Shown piece after piece: positions 8,879 to 18,194 of a stretch of DNA of 64,000 nucleotides. The translations under genes were made by a program, and so were the position numbers. The stretch covers positions 1 through 64,000 of IMG/VR virus record IMGVR_UViG_3300005542_000007; one strand, written 5' to 3'. The first letter of the stretch is position 1. Each line of letters begins with the position of its first letter. Below the pieces are notes generated by a model, which was not told where the DNA came from, ran no database searches, and saw only the letters and a program-made list of their open reading frames with translations. This DNA comes from a virus.

Positions 8879-10092
8879 ATACCGTTGAACAGTTTACGCA
8901 ACTCATACTTGATTGTCAACCAATTGACCTTTACGACTTTAAAGAAGTCGTAGGCGAACTTTTACCGTTAGAAGATTGTCAACAAGATCCGCAGTGGCAC
9001 GGAGAAAAATCGGTCCTGGCACATACCAATCTTGTGATGAAAGAGACGCTTGAGCAGATGCAAAACCTCCGCCAAGGTTTCCCAAGGATTGCTTTGTATA
9101 TTGCAGCTTTGTTACACGATGTGGGGAAACCAGATACGGCCAAGTTAAAAACCAATGGACATAATTCGTTCCATGGGCACGAGAAAGCGGGTGTGTGGAG
9201 AGCAAAAGAATTCCTGAAGAAATATTTCCCACAATTTAATTTTAGACAGCGGGACTTGATTCTGAATCTCGTTGAGTATCACGGCCACCCCAAGAGAATG
9301 ATTGAGGATGGTTCACAGGATGATAGGTTCAAGCGCCTGTCCCTTGAAGTGCCAACTCATCTTGTTTACAACCTGGAGATTGCCGACTTCAAAGGTCGAA
9401 TCGCCAACGATATTCCAAAGTCCTTGATTGTCCTTGACCAATTCAAGAAAAAGTGTGAGGACCTTGATATTTATGGGAAAGCGTACCAGATTCCCAATTC
9501 GAAGGAATTAACAAACCTCCAGTATTCTATTTTCAGATGGAACATTCTAATGCACCACGATGAAGATACTAATCAAAAAGAGATTGACAGAGTTATCAAA
9601 TTGACTGATAGACCGAATCCTTTGGAGCTTACTTTATTGGTTGGTTGCCCCGGTTCCGGGAAGACAACCTATCGAAACACATTGACAAATAGCAACGTTA
9701 TTTCTATGGATGACGAAAGGCAACGTCTTTGTGGCACCCCCAACGATATGTCTAGAAATCAAGAGGTTTTTAATAACTGCTTCAGAGAACTTAACAAGAA
9801 TATGAAGGCAGGTGAAAATGTCGTTTGGGACGCAACCTCTTACAGCCGCAAAGCCCGTAAACCCCTCCTAGAATCGGCTAGGAACCACGGAGCCAAGGTC
9901 AACCTCATCTACTGGGACCTCGCCATAGAAACCCTCTTAAAACGAAACGCTGAGCGTGAGAAGGTGGTTCCAGAGGACATTGTGTGGCGGTTTTATAAAA
10001 CAATTGAAACCCCGGCATCTTACGAGTACGATCAGCTTTTCGTATTTGATGACAAAGAGCAGGATTATGAAAAAGGAGAAAAAGCAACCTGA
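8875..10092 (+). CDS. HD-domain phosphohydrolase fused to AAA_33/Pnk-like P-loop kinase
   Basis: WHGE.SVLAHT...LLHDVGKP...HGHE; C-terminal VGCPGSGKTT, ISMD..R, WDAT, RNAER. Confidence 0.85.
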   Translation: MNTVEQFTQLILDCQPIDLYDFKEVVGELLPLEDCQQDPQWHGEKSVLAHTNLVMKETLEQMQNLRQGFPRIALYIAALLHDVGKPDTAKLKTNGHNSFHGHEKAGVWRAKEFLKKYFPQFNFRQRDLILNLVEYHGHPKRMIEDGSQDDRFKRLSLEVPTHLVYNLEIADFKGRIANDIPKSLIVLDQFKKKCEDLDIYGKAYQIPNSKELTNLQYSIFRWNILMHHDEDTNQKEIDRVIKLTDRPNPLELTLLVGCPGSGKTTYRNTLTNSNVISMDDERQRLCGTPNDMSRNQEVFNNCFRELNKNMKAGENVVWDATSYSRKARKPLLESARNHGAKVNLIYWDLAIETLLKRNAEREKVVPEDIVWRFYKTIETPASYEYDQLFVFDDKEQDYEKGEKAT

Positions 10093-10387
10093 AGTAGTCG
10101 AGTGGAGCGATTTGAAGGTGGGAGATTTTATTGAAAGCAACTTCAATAGAATGTTTTGCTTTACACGAAATAGTTCAGGGCCTTCTTGTTTGGGTAACAG
10201 CAAATGGAGAGAAGAAAAGCCTCCAATTGCTTATGTAGGTAGTGGCATTGTAGAATATACACGAATGAAACCCACTAAACCTTTTATAAAATTGTGCAAA
10301 CGGCTGTTGGATTTGAATCTGAAAGAATACCATTTGGACAATCTCTCTTACGTTGAAGCTCTTGCAGCGCTAAAGAAATATGATTGA
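10067..10387 (+). CDS. hypothetical protein with DNL tag (LAxLKxY subtype)
   Basis: ATG 10067; ends LDNLSYVEALAALKKYD*. Confidence 0.68.
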   Translation: MKKEKKQPEVVEWSDLKVGDFIESNFNRMFCFTRNSSGPSCLGNSKWREEKPPIAYVGSGIVEYTRMKPTKPFIKLCKRLLDLNLKEYHLDNLSYVEALAALKKYD

Positions 10388-10562
10388 GTATTGTTATTGT
10401 GGGCACAACATAAATGAACATGACGGGTGGGAGGGAGAACCAACGGGTTGTACGTATAGTGTTGAGATTGCTCACGGTACTCAATGTTGTTATTGCTCAG
10501 AATTCAAATTAGATAATCTTAAATTCGTAGAAGACCTTGCCAAACAAAAGCATCTATTATGA
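10380..10562 (+). CDS. CxCGH mini-protein with DNL tag
   Basis: CYCGH..H..C..CYC; ends LDNLKFVEDLAKQKHLL*. Confidence 0.75.
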   Translation: MIEYCYCGHNINEHDGWEGEPTGCTYSVEIAHGTQCCYCSEFKLDNLKFVEDLAKQKHLL

Positions 10563-10846
10563 CACCAATCAATGAAGTGCCAGTAGGAAAGTTTTGTAGA
10601 TTTGACGGGAATGTTGTTTATGTCCACAAGAATAATTTTAAGGATACTTACGCATTGATTCCCATAGTAGGATCAGTCCCACGAGATAAAAATTGGGATC
10701 ATCGTGTGTATGTTTACAAACGGATACAGAAGTCATGGGTAGAAGATGCAAAGAAATGGATGGATGAGTTACTTGAATATGGGCAAAGAATAGACAACCT
10801 CACCTACATCGAGAACCTAGCTATTTTAAAATCGTATGGAATTTAA
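10559..10846 (+). CDS. hypothetical protein with DNL tag (LAxLKxY subtype)
   Basis: Ends IDNLTYIENLAILKSYGI*. Confidence 0.7.
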   Translation: MTPINEVPVGKFCRFDGNVVYVHKNNFKDTYALIPIVGSVPRDKNWDHRVYVYKRIQKSWVEDAKKWMDELLEYGQRIDNLTYIENLAILKSYGI

Positions 10847-11219
10847 ACCAGGAGATATTTTATACCGTAAGTATTCAGATAAGAACGATTTGTATTGCGT
10901 TCTTGCGATTACGAAAGGGCCGTTTAACATCGGTCCCAATGTTAAATTAATTCGCATGGTTGGATATTATTCAATTACTCGCACACCTACCGTCATTGAC
11001 AGTGAAGTAAGCACCTCTATTGAAGAATGGTACATAAAGGCGGATTTGAATAATTACGACATTAAAGATAAATTTTTGAAGAAGATAAAAGAGTACTTAA
11101 TCGATAACCTTGGCAAGACAATTCATTACGATTTAATACTGGACAACTTGTTGTACATTGAAATCCTAGTAGCGTTGAAAAAGTACGAAACAAGTGATAT
11201 AGTTGAATCTGAAGAGTAA
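10836..11219 (+). CDS. hypothetical protein with DNL tag (LAxLKxY subtype)
   Basis: FKPGD start; LDNLLYIEILVALKKYE near end. Confidence 0.7.
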   Translation: MEFKPGDILYRKYSDKNDLYCVLAITKGPFNIGPNVKLIRMVGYYSITRTPTVIDSEVSTSIEEWYIKADLNNYDIKDKFLKKIKEYLIDNLGKTIHYDLILDNLLYIEILVALKKYETSDIVESEE

Positions 11220-11324
11220 TTTGTCCTTAACCGTAAGCCGTTGACGTTTCTTATACACTACTTAAGTTTCTTTTCTTTAAATTATTTTAGGGTAGATTAC
11301 GGTCAAGACTAGCAGGAGACAATT

Positions 11325-11819
11325 TTGTTTCACAAGCCGTCTTACATGAAATCGTACAACAATTTTTATTACAAGAACAACAAAAGACGAATTTTGGTTA
11401 ACAAACAGTTGAAACGAATGCAAGGGTATTTTACCTTAAATGGGCACCTGGAACCTATCCATGATGCTATCAGGCGTTATGCTTCCCAGTGGAAGATTCC
11501 AATTGATACGCTCAAAAAGTTTAGGCGTTGGGCTTTGATGGATTCTGCATACGAAGAATTATTTAAAGCTTGGGAAGAGGCTTCCTTTCCCAAGGAGCTT
11601 ACCCCAATCGTAATGCGTCGAGTTAAGAAGCAAGGGTTTGTAATTGATAATTTGTATTGGTCCACGAAGAAGCAACATAGTTGGTGGTCTGGTGAAATTG
11701 ATAAGCTGAATGTTTTGCGTAAAGAGATGGAGAAGAGACAGATTAAAAATAACGAAGCAGATGAAGATGAACAGCAAGAGATGCTTGGCAGGTTGAAGGC
11801 CAAGAGGAAAAGTAAGTGA
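11325..11819 (+). CDS. hypothetical basic protein, possibly degenerate HNH-like
   Basis: AGGAG RBS with TTG start; P.VMRR....GFVIDNLYW resembles the S.DRID...GY..DN..W nuclease pattern. Confidence 0.5.
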   Translation: MFHKPSYMKSYNNFYYKNNKRRILVNKQLKRMQGYFTLNGHLEPIHDAIRRYASQWKIPIDTLKKFRRWALMDSAYEELFKAWEEASFPKELTPIVMRRVKKQGFVIDNLYWSTKKQHSWWSGEIDKLNVLRKEMEKRQIKNNEADEDEQQEMLGRLKAKRKSK

Positions 11820-12016
11820 ACATCCCGCTCGATACAAAGTGTGGAAAATGTTTACATACAAAATCATGCCATCAATTTTCTCTTGGAGGGAAAATAATTA
11901 TTTCAAGTTGCTACAAATGTGTAAATCCACATACACTATTTGAAAATTGCCCAAAATTTATTTTAGATAATTTAACTTTAGTAGAACTTTTAGCAAAAGA
12001 AAAGAACCTTATATGA
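11816..12016 (+). CDS. Cys/His mini-protein with DNL tag
   Basis: CGKCLH..H..C..C..C; ends LDNLTLVELLAKEKNLI*. Confidence 0.72.
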   Translation: MNIPLDTKCGKCLHTKSCHQFSLGGKIIISSCYKCVNPHTLFENCPKFILDNLTLVELLAKEKNLI

Positions 12017-12642
12017 TCCGCGCTAGAATCAACGAAGAGCCATTTGAATATAAAAATGCTTCTTTAAATTCCTACGCTTTCTCTCAAGAATCTGTAAAGA
12101 TTTTACCAGTACTTAAGACCTTCTCCAATCGTGTAGAATCGATGTCCAAGGGCCTTAATATCTTCCTTTGGTCGTCTAATAACGGAGCGGGTAAGACATA
12201 CCTCTCTTATGCAATTCTCAGGCAGGTTAGAGAATTCGATCAACCCCTATGGCAAAGAGAGAATGGAAACATCCTACCCTTTGGCAATGTCAAAACTATG
12301 GCGATTAATTTCAAACATTTCGTAGATCTCTGCAAGACATTCGACGACGGTGCAAAGAAATACCAGGAAGCTCTTTACAATGCCGACTATCTTTTGATTG
12401 ATGAAGTATCCTCGAATATGCTTTCACAGAATCCCCATGAGGATAAACGGCAACTATTGGTCGTATTGGATGATAGGTTGTCTGAGTTTCGTCCAACGAT
12501 TATCACAAGCAACAATTCACCTGAAGAGTTTCTAAATGCTTTTGGTCCTAATATTTATTCCAGGCTGCAATCCCGAACAGAATTTATTGAGGTTCCAGGA
12601 AAGGATATGAGGCCAATTTTAAAGATGGTAGAAGATGAATAA
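12013..12642 (+). CDS. DnaC/IstB-like ATPase (helicase loader-like)
   Basis: Walker A SSNNGAGKT, Walker B LLIDEV, RPTIITSN, IYSRL, GKDMR. Confidence 0.8.
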   Translation: MIRARINEEPFEYKNASLNSYAFSQESVKILPVLKTFSNRVESMSKGLNIFLWSSNNGAGKTYLSYAILRQVREFDQPLWQRENGNILPFGNVKTMAINFKHFVDLCKTFDDGAKKYQEALYNADYLLIDEVSSNMLSQNPHEDKRQLLVVLDDRLSEFRPTIITSNNSPEEFLNAFGPNIYSRLQSRTEFIEVPGKDMRPILKMVEDE

Positions 12643-12826
12643 TGCAGATATTTTGTGTAAGTGTGGTCATGTACAACGCATTCATACGCATTGGAATATG
12701 AATAATCTTGAGTGCGATGGTTGGATTAACGATGGGTTAGAAATGTGTGAATGTGAATGTAAGGAATTTGATCAGGACAATCTCTCCTATATTGAAGCTC
12801 TGGCAAAACAAAAAGATTTAGTGTGA
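12635..12826 (+). CDS. CxCGH mini-protein with DNL tag
   Basis: CKCGH..H..C..CECKEF; ends QDNLSYIEALAKQKDLV*. Confidence 0.75.
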   Translation: MNNADILCKCGHVQRIHTHWNMNNLECDGWINDGLEMCECECKEFDQDNLSYIEALAKQKDLV

Positions 12827-13023
12827 AGAACGATATTATTTGTCAATGTGGACACGAAAAGAAATACCATGGTAAAGTGGATGCACCGATATGGGATGAA
12901 TGGTGTAATGGTGGTAGAGTAAATGCAAGTCCGACGGATGATGGCGTATGTGTTTGTTGTTCGTACATTCCAGACAACCTCCTACACATTGAAATGATGG
13001 CAAAGAAAAAAGGACTGGTATGA
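12823..13023 (+). CDS. CxCGH mini-protein with DNL tag
   Basis: CQCGH..H..C..CVC; ends PDNLLHIEMMAKKKGLV*. Confidence 0.75.
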   Translation: MKNDIICQCGHEKKYHGKVDAPIWDEWCNGGRVNASPTDDGVCVCCSYIPDNLLHIEMMAKKKGLV

Positions 13024-13322
13024 ACCTACATAAGCTTTTCCGTCAATTATTTGAACTCCCAGATAAAGATAGCTACGAAGTTTTTGAATTCCTTGAGAAA
13101 GTAAGGGATGCTCGAACTGAGTTTGAAAACACAGGTACAGAATTTACATACGAACGATTCAAGCAATGGTTCCAAAAAGTGTACATAAATCGTTACAATC
13201 CACCTCATCCTCCATACGTTAAATTGTTGAAGATTATTGAGGGCGACAATTTGGATATTATCGAAGATGCTGCTGAAGAGAAAGGACTGATTCCAAAGGA
13301 ACAGGATGAAGAACCCAAGTAA
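13020..13322 (+). CDS. hypothetical protein with DNL tag (paralog of 18845-19156)
   Basis: MNLHKLF start; GDNLDIIEDAAEEKGLI near end. Confidence 0.7.
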   Translation: MNLHKLFRQLFELPDKDSYEVFEFLEKVRDARTEFENTGTEFTYERFKQWFQKVYINRYNPPHPPYVKLLKIIEGDNLDIIEDAAEEKGLIPKEQDEEPK

Positions 13323-13743
13323 TTACGGGGAACTTATCGCAAGCTACCTGTGTGGAACCTTGTGGTCGTATGCTGAATACGGAGACTACCAGGGCGATTA
13401 CGTAGCTTTGATTTACAAAGATTCCAACCTTCTAATTTATAAAGGTTCGTTTGGTTCTTGTAGCGGGTGTGATTGGCTGTCGGATTATTACGATAAAGAA
13501 ATCCCGGATAAAGACGCGCAGGAATACATGAAAGATATGAAACCCTTTCTAACCATTCCATCCGACTCCCTCCCAAAGACAGAAGGGGATTTAATCGCTT
13601 TGCTGCCAGCTAATACACGAGTTTGGCTGGACGACGAATGGACTGAATTTAAAGTGCATGATATTTTAAAGCAGATAAGTAGCCCGACGTGCGACAACCT
13701 GGATATTATAGAAACAGAAGCTAAAAGCAAAGGATTTATATGA
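13306..13743 (+). CDS. phage GSCSGCD-motif protein with appended DNL tag
   Basis: GDYQGD...GSFGSCSGCDW; ends CDNLDIIETEAKSKGFI*. Confidence 0.7.
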   Translation: MKNPSNYGELIASYLCGTLWSYAEYGDYQGDYVALIYKDSNLLIYKGSFGSCSGCDWLSDYYDKEIPDKDAQEYMKDMKPFLTIPSDSLPKTEGDLIALLPANTRVWLDDEWTEFKVHDILKQISSPTCDNLDIIETEAKSKGFI

Positions 13744-14363
13744 AGCGTATTTTAATTTCTGGCTACATCAAGAAGATTGATTCAAATGGTACGGACAATA
13801 TTCTTGTAGAAACGATTAAGGACCTTCATCCAACATACCGAGATTTGAAGTTGCCCCTACAACAATTCTTTAACGATGGTATGATTGATGCTTTCGAACA
13901 CTACAATTTTACATTTAAGCTGAAAATCCCAAGCTCTCTTCTTTATATTTTCAGGTATTACCGCATTGCCGTTCTTACAGAACTCCCAGAGATTGAACAG
14001 CTTGCCTACGTTCCACCTACGTTTCTTAAAGGTGGGCAGAAAATGCCAGATGCTGAAAGCAGTGAGATGAATACCAAATACCAGAACTTCTACAAATTCC
14101 TATTTAACTTTTTTAACAAACTGATTAAGCAAAACGTATCGGTTCATCAACTCGAATTCATCTTACCAGGGGGAAGATTCACTGAATTGTACCTCACCAT
14201 GAATTTGAATGATTTGATGCCCTTTTTAAATACAAATTTAAGAAGTGAAATGCCAGAAGTGAAAGAGATAGCGCAAGCGATGCTAGAATATTTTAAAGAG
14301 GAATTTCCGTTGACGGCTTCAGTGTTTTTGGCTCACAATTTTCCTCGTCAGAGCCCGACGTAA
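13740..14363 (+). CDS. degenerate ThyX-like (FAD-dependent thymidylate synthase fold) protein
   Basis: FEH..FTF, ILP....TELYLTMNL..L..FL, EV.EIA.AM....K..FP; the RHR motif is replaced by RYY. Confidence 0.55.
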   Translation: MKRILISGYIKKIDSNGTDNILVETIKDLHPTYRDLKLPLQQFFNDGMIDAFEHYNFTFKLKIPSSLLYIFRYYRIAVLTELPEIEQLAYVPPTFLKGGQKMPDAESSEMNTKYQNFYKFLFNFFNKLIKQNVSVHQLEFILPGGRFTELYLTMNLNDLMPFLNTNLRSEMPEVKEIAQAMLEYFKEEFPLTASVFLAHNFPRQSPT

Positions 14364-14393
14364 AAACGTAATAAAATCAGGTATTAGTAAGGG
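14361..14393 (+). promoter_or_regulatory. phage-specific promoter/operator motif (variant copy)
   Basis: taaaaacgtaataaaatcaggtattagtaaggg. Confidence 0.55.
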
Positions 14394-14408
14394 ACAACTA
14401 AAAATTTT

Positions 14409-15026
14409 ATGAATAATGTAACCATAGCTTCAAATACTTCTTTCACAAGTATAGGCACAAATCCATGCCCAATTCATGGATGGCAACCTTGTAACTGTGC
14501 TGGGATTTACCAATCTTGTTGTTCCTCATGTGGACAATATTATAATGGACTTTCCCATATTTGTGGAACCTCTTACAATTACATTCAATGTAGTTTTTGT
14601 AATCAATTTTATACTCCACAGGCTGGGCATTATTGTCCAAATGTAATTGCCCCCCAGACTTGGAGCACCACTGGAACATTTCAGTTAACGGGAGTCTCTT
14701 TGAAAGAAGTGAAAGAGATTACTACTGATAATGAGTTAACATACGAATGGAATGGCGGTTCGTTTGATATGAAACTCCCATCAAAATTTAATGATTGTTT
14801 TCTTAAAGTTGGATATACATGGGCTCCTTTGTACCCTTTAATTTTCTCCGCTTTAGAGAATGACGAGAAAACTATTTCATTTCATATGGTTGTGGGAATT
14901 ACTGATAAAGTATTTGAGGGAGAGAAAGTAATTTTGAAAGCGGTTACAACGACTAAGATTGAAGACAATTTAACATTGGTGCAACTTTTGGAACGCGCTA
15001 GAGCATATTTAAAAAAGGACGCATGA
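14409..15026 (+). CDS. Cys/His-rich protein with DNL-like tail
   Basis: Repeated CxxC..HxC in the N-terminal half; EDNLTLVQLLERA near end. Confidence 0.6.
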   Translation: MNNVTIASNTSFTSIGTNPCPIHGWQPCNCAGIYQSCCSSCGQYYNGLSHICGTSYNYIQCSFCNQFYTPQAGHYCPNVIAPQTWSTTGTFQLTGVSLKEVKEITTDNELTYEWNGGSFDMKLPSKFNDCFLKVGYTWAPLYPLIFSALENDEKTISFHMVVGITDKVFEGEKVILKAVTTTKIEDNLTLVQLLERARAYLKKDA

Positions 15027-15487
15027 TTCTTCCCGTTAGACTTTACACCGAAGCCGTCCTCAATGCGCCTTGTAAGCCAGTAACTGACTTCAACGACCCG
15101 GTGCTTGAACAATTGATTCAGGATCTTTTAGAATCTTGTGCTGCTTACAATGGGGTTGGGCTTGCAGCAAACCAAGTTGGAATAGATAAATCCATTTGTG
15201 TTTTGGATGTTGAAGAACGAACAAAGAAAATGGTTTTGATTAATCCCACTATTGCAATGTATAGTAAAAAGAAGCTTGTTATGCTAGAAGCTTGCTTGTC
15301 GTGTCCAGGGCTTACAGTCCAAATGAAACGTCCAGAGACTCTAGTTGTAGACGCGAATTTGCTTACTGGAGAAAAAGTTAGGTACCAGTTTACAGGATAT
15401 GACGCGAAAATAGCAGGACATGAAATCGACCATTTGTTTGGAAAAACGATTGGCAGCACTGTTAAATCTTTGCGCCCCATGGTATAG
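15023..15487 (+). CDS. def: peptide deformylase
   Basis: GVGLAANQVG, EACLS (EGCLS-like), HEIDHL. Confidence 0.92.
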   Translation: MILPVRLYTEAVLNAPCKPVTDFNDPVLEQLIQDLLESCAAYNGVGLAANQVGIDKSICVLDVEERTKKMVLINPTIAMYSKKKLVMLEACLSCPGLTVQMKRPETLVVDANLLTGEKVRYQFTGYDAKIAGHEIDHLFGKTIGSTVKSLRPMV

Positions 15488-15489
15488 TT

Positions 15490-15651
15490 ATGGAAGAGTA
15501 TTGTATTTGTGGACATAGTAAATGGATTCATGAATACTTGAACGTAAGAGATATTCCAATTCATGATTTTAGTTGTTCATGTGAAATCTTCAAACTCGAT
15601 AATTTACGATTGGTAGAAGATATTGCAAAGCAAAGAAACTTAACAAACTAA
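15490..15651 (+). CDS. CxCGH mini-protein with DNL tag (not in ORF track)
   Basis: Hand translation MEEYCICGHSKWIH...CSCEIFKLDNLRLVEDIAKQRNLTN*. Confidence 0.72.
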   Translation: MEEYCICGHSKWIHEYLNVRDIPIHDFSCSCEIFKLDNLRLVEDIAKQRNLTN

Positions 15652-15664
15652 GAGGAGATAAGAC

Positions 15665-15961
15665 ATGCGTGATACAACATTGTGGGGTCATTTACAAACT
15701 TTAGGAAGCTATATTCAACAGGTTGAGCAGTCAGCACGATTGGGAATTACAGGCGAAGCAGTTAGGAACGCGGCTCTGCAAGCCCTGATGATTAAAAAAG
15801 GTTTGATTACAGAAGCTGAATTAACCGAAGCTATTGGCGAAGTGATTAAAAAAGCAAACGAACCTAAGCCAGCAGAGGAAGCTCCAAAGGTTGAGCTTGC
15901 AACGCCGTCACCGGAACAAGTTCAGGCAGTAGAGAAGAGTGTCACTGAGGAACCAAAGTAA
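15665..15961 (+). CDS. hypothetical protein
   Basis: GAGGAG RBS. Confidence 0.6.
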   Translation: MRDTTLWGHLQTLGSYIQQVEQSARLGITGEAVRNAALQALMIKKGLITEAELTEAIGEVIKKANEPKPAEEAPKVELATPSPEQVQAVEKSVTEEPK

Positions 15962-16085
15962 TGGATGAACATCCGTTAGTAATTACAGTTGATGATGCAT
16001 GTTCACGATTGTATATCAACCTTTCTGATGAACAGTTAAAAGAAGTAGCACGACAAGTTGCTGAAATTTTAAAGGGGTCAAAGAA

Positions 16086-16610
16086 ATGAACTGGAACCCA
16101 GAATGCTACCGTTGCCAAAATGAAGGTTGGGTAATTAATACCCTTGGAGTTTATATAGATTGCCCAGTTTGCCGCGACAGCAGGTTAGTTAGAATTTTAA
16201 AGCAAACTACCTTCAATTTAATTTTAAAGCTTTTTAAAATTTCTTCCGACTATTTGAAAAAACTCAATTGGGCTTCAGAACAAGAAATCCGGTTCGCACG
16301 ACTCTATAACGTAGAATTGGAAGGAAAGATAGAAAAAGCACAGAAGCCGCCGTTTGAAAGTTATGAAACCGTCTTTGAAACTGGTAACACGGTATTTAAA
16401 AATAAGGTGGCGTACAAGCTCATCGGTGACTACCTTGTTGGCTACACAGTTAACTTGGACCTACTACGACTTGCGATAAAAGAGCTTGTAATTCCTGAAA
16501 AGATTGAGGCTGTGTGTGTTTCACTAGAACAGGCACATGGAGCAGCGTTAATGGGAAAAGATAGGTCAGAAGATTTTTACAAAGAGTTGAACAATAATTT
16601 AAAGAATTAG
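16086..16610 (+). CDS. hypothetical protein with N-terminal zinc ribbon
   Basis: CYRC...CPVC. Confidence 0.55.
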   Translation: MNWNPECYRCQNEGWVINTLGVYIDCPVCRDSRLVRILKQTTFNLILKLFKISSDYLKKLNWASEQEIRFARLYNVELEGKIEKAQKPPFESYETVFETGNTVFKNKVAYKLIGDYLVGYTVNLDLLRLAIKELVIPEKIEAVCVSLEQAHGAALMGKDRSEDFYKELNNNLKN

Positions 16611-16619
16611 GATTATTTT

Positions 16620-17276
16620 ATGTTATTTAAAAATCTAAAAAAACAAATTTGTAAGCATGGCCACGATACTTTTGTTTGTGGACGAAACAAATGGCGTGAG
16701 TGCAATGAATGTAAAAAATCTAAAAATCGTATTGATCCCAATAAAGATTCTAGAAGTAGACCCATCTGTATAAATGGTCACGACATTTCTGTTGTTGGTA
16801 GAGATGAGTGGGGAAATTGCAACACTTGTGTTATTATTCGAAAAAATATATGGGATGAAAATAACAGACATAAAATTTCTGAGGATAACAAGAAATGGAA
16901 AGAAGCACACCCAGATTATTTTAAGCAGTGGAGGGCTAAACACAGGCCCGAAAGTAATGAAAAACATAAAGAATGGATAAAAAAGCATCCAGAAGTTTTA
17001 CGAATTGCTAGGATGAAATGTAAAACAAATCGTAATATCCGCATTGTTGCTTGGACGGATTGGAAAAGTATATTAGAATTTGAAAAGAAGAAACCAACTG
17101 GCATGACAACGGACCATATTATTCCGCTTCAAAATGAGTTAGTTTGGGGTTTGCATGTTTCTTGGAATATGCAGTATTTAACTAAATCAGAAAATTCTAA
17201 GAAACATAATAAAGTAAATTTAATTGAAGTATCAGAATGGTACGGTAAGATTTTAGAAAAGGAAGGATTAAAATAA
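16620..17276 (+). CDS. HNH homing endonuclease
   Basis: CxxGH repeats; TDHIIPL...GLHVSWNMQYLTKSENSKK. Confidence 0.85.
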   Translation: MLFKNLKKQICKHGHDTFVCGRNKWRECNECKKSKNRIDPNKDSRSRPICINGHDISVVGRDEWGNCNTCVIIRKNIWDENNRHKISEDNKKWKEAHPDYFKQWRAKHRPESNEKHKEWIKKHPEVLRIARMKCKTNRNIRIVAWTDWKSILEFEKKKPTGMTTDHIIPLQNELVWGLHVSWNMQYLTKSENSKKHNKVNLIEVSEWYGKILEKEGLK

Positions 17277-17288
17277 AGGAGCTTTTAA

Positions 17289-17816
17289 ATGAATGAAGAC
17301 TTATCAAAGGGCGTAGATATTAGAGAAGAGGTAGAACAAGTTACGATCTCAAAGGCCGACTTGCAAAAAATGCAAGAAACAATAACGCTTCTTTCTCAAC
17401 AGTTTCAGAAAGAAGTGGTTCATCCAGCCGCGCCAGCCATCCAGCCAGCCCAAGCTGTTATCACAGCAGATTCCAATGCTGCCAAACCAGAAGCAGCCAA
17501 AGAAGTTATTTTAGAAGAGGTTGATGCCGCTACGCTGTTTAACCAGAATCCTTGGAGAATTGGTGCTAAAGTGCGCGTATCTGAAAAGTACCCGCAGATT
17601 CAAGGTGGAGTAAATTGGAAAGGCCGTGTGGGAACTGTTACAAAGATTACCAAAGCACCTTCAGGCGTTAAGGTTGTGGAAGTAGCTTTCGGTGATGTTC
17701 AGATTCCATTCCAGAAAGCCCACCCAACAAAGCCTGGGATTATTCAAAAGGGTTATCGCATTCAGAAAGCTATTCAGACATTCGATGACAGTTGCTTGGA
17801 ACCAGTGTACGAATAA
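17289..17816 (+). CDS. hypothetical protein with KOW/SH3-like C-terminal domain
   Basis: AAGGAG RBS; IGAKVRV...GRVGTVTKI. Confidence 0.6.
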   Translation: MNEDLSKGVDIREEVEQVTISKADLQKMQETITLLSQQFQKEVVHPAAPAIQPAQAVITADSNAAKPEAAKEVILEEVDAATLFNQNPWRIGAKVRVSEKYPQIQGGVNWKGRVGTVTKITKAPSGVKVVEVAFGDVQIPFQKAHPTKPGIIQKGYRIQKAIQTFDDSCLEPVYE

Positions 17817-18018
17817 GCCGTGGAAAGTACGTCCAGATAGTGCGGAAGATCTTTATTTTTGCATTTGTGGACACGAATTAATTCACCATTATTTAACTGG
17901 TGATGGTTGTAATTCTTGCTTTTTTGAAAGCAAGCCACAAGATAAATGGCAACACAGGTTTCAACTGGACAACTTATTTTACATCGAAGAACTTGCCAAA
18001 AAACGAGGATTGGTGTGA
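17785..18018 (+). CDS. CxCGH mini-protein with DNL tag
   Basis: CICGH..H..C..C; ends LDNLFYIEELAKKRGLV*; start position uncertain. Confidence 0.7.
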   Translation: MTVAWNQCTNKPWKVRPDSAEDLYFCICGHELIHHYLTGDGCNSCFFESKPQDKWQHRFQLDNLFYIEELAKKRGLV

Positions 18019-18194
18019 GACTGGATTTGGATAACGTATGCATCTGTTCACACAAATTACGTTTTCATGTTGACCACGAAATTATTGGTATTGTAAAGTA
18101 TTGCGTAGGCGATGATATTTGTGTATGTCAGGATTTTAAATTGGACAATTTATCCTACATTGAAGACTTGGCGGAAGAACGAGGACTTGTGTGA
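18015..18194 (+). CDS. CxCxH mini-protein with DNL tag
   Basis: GTG start in GTGA overlap; CICSH..H..C..CVC; ends LDNLSYIEDLAEERGLV*. Confidence 0.75.
   Translation: MRLDLDNVCICSHKLRFHVDHEIIGIVKYCVGDDICVCQDFKLDNLSYIEDLAEERGLV

Noticed and set aside
12013-12642. IS21 element (IstB)
   Set aside because: There is no adjacent IstA transposase or terminal inverted repeats; a phage DnaC-like loader is more parsimonious.
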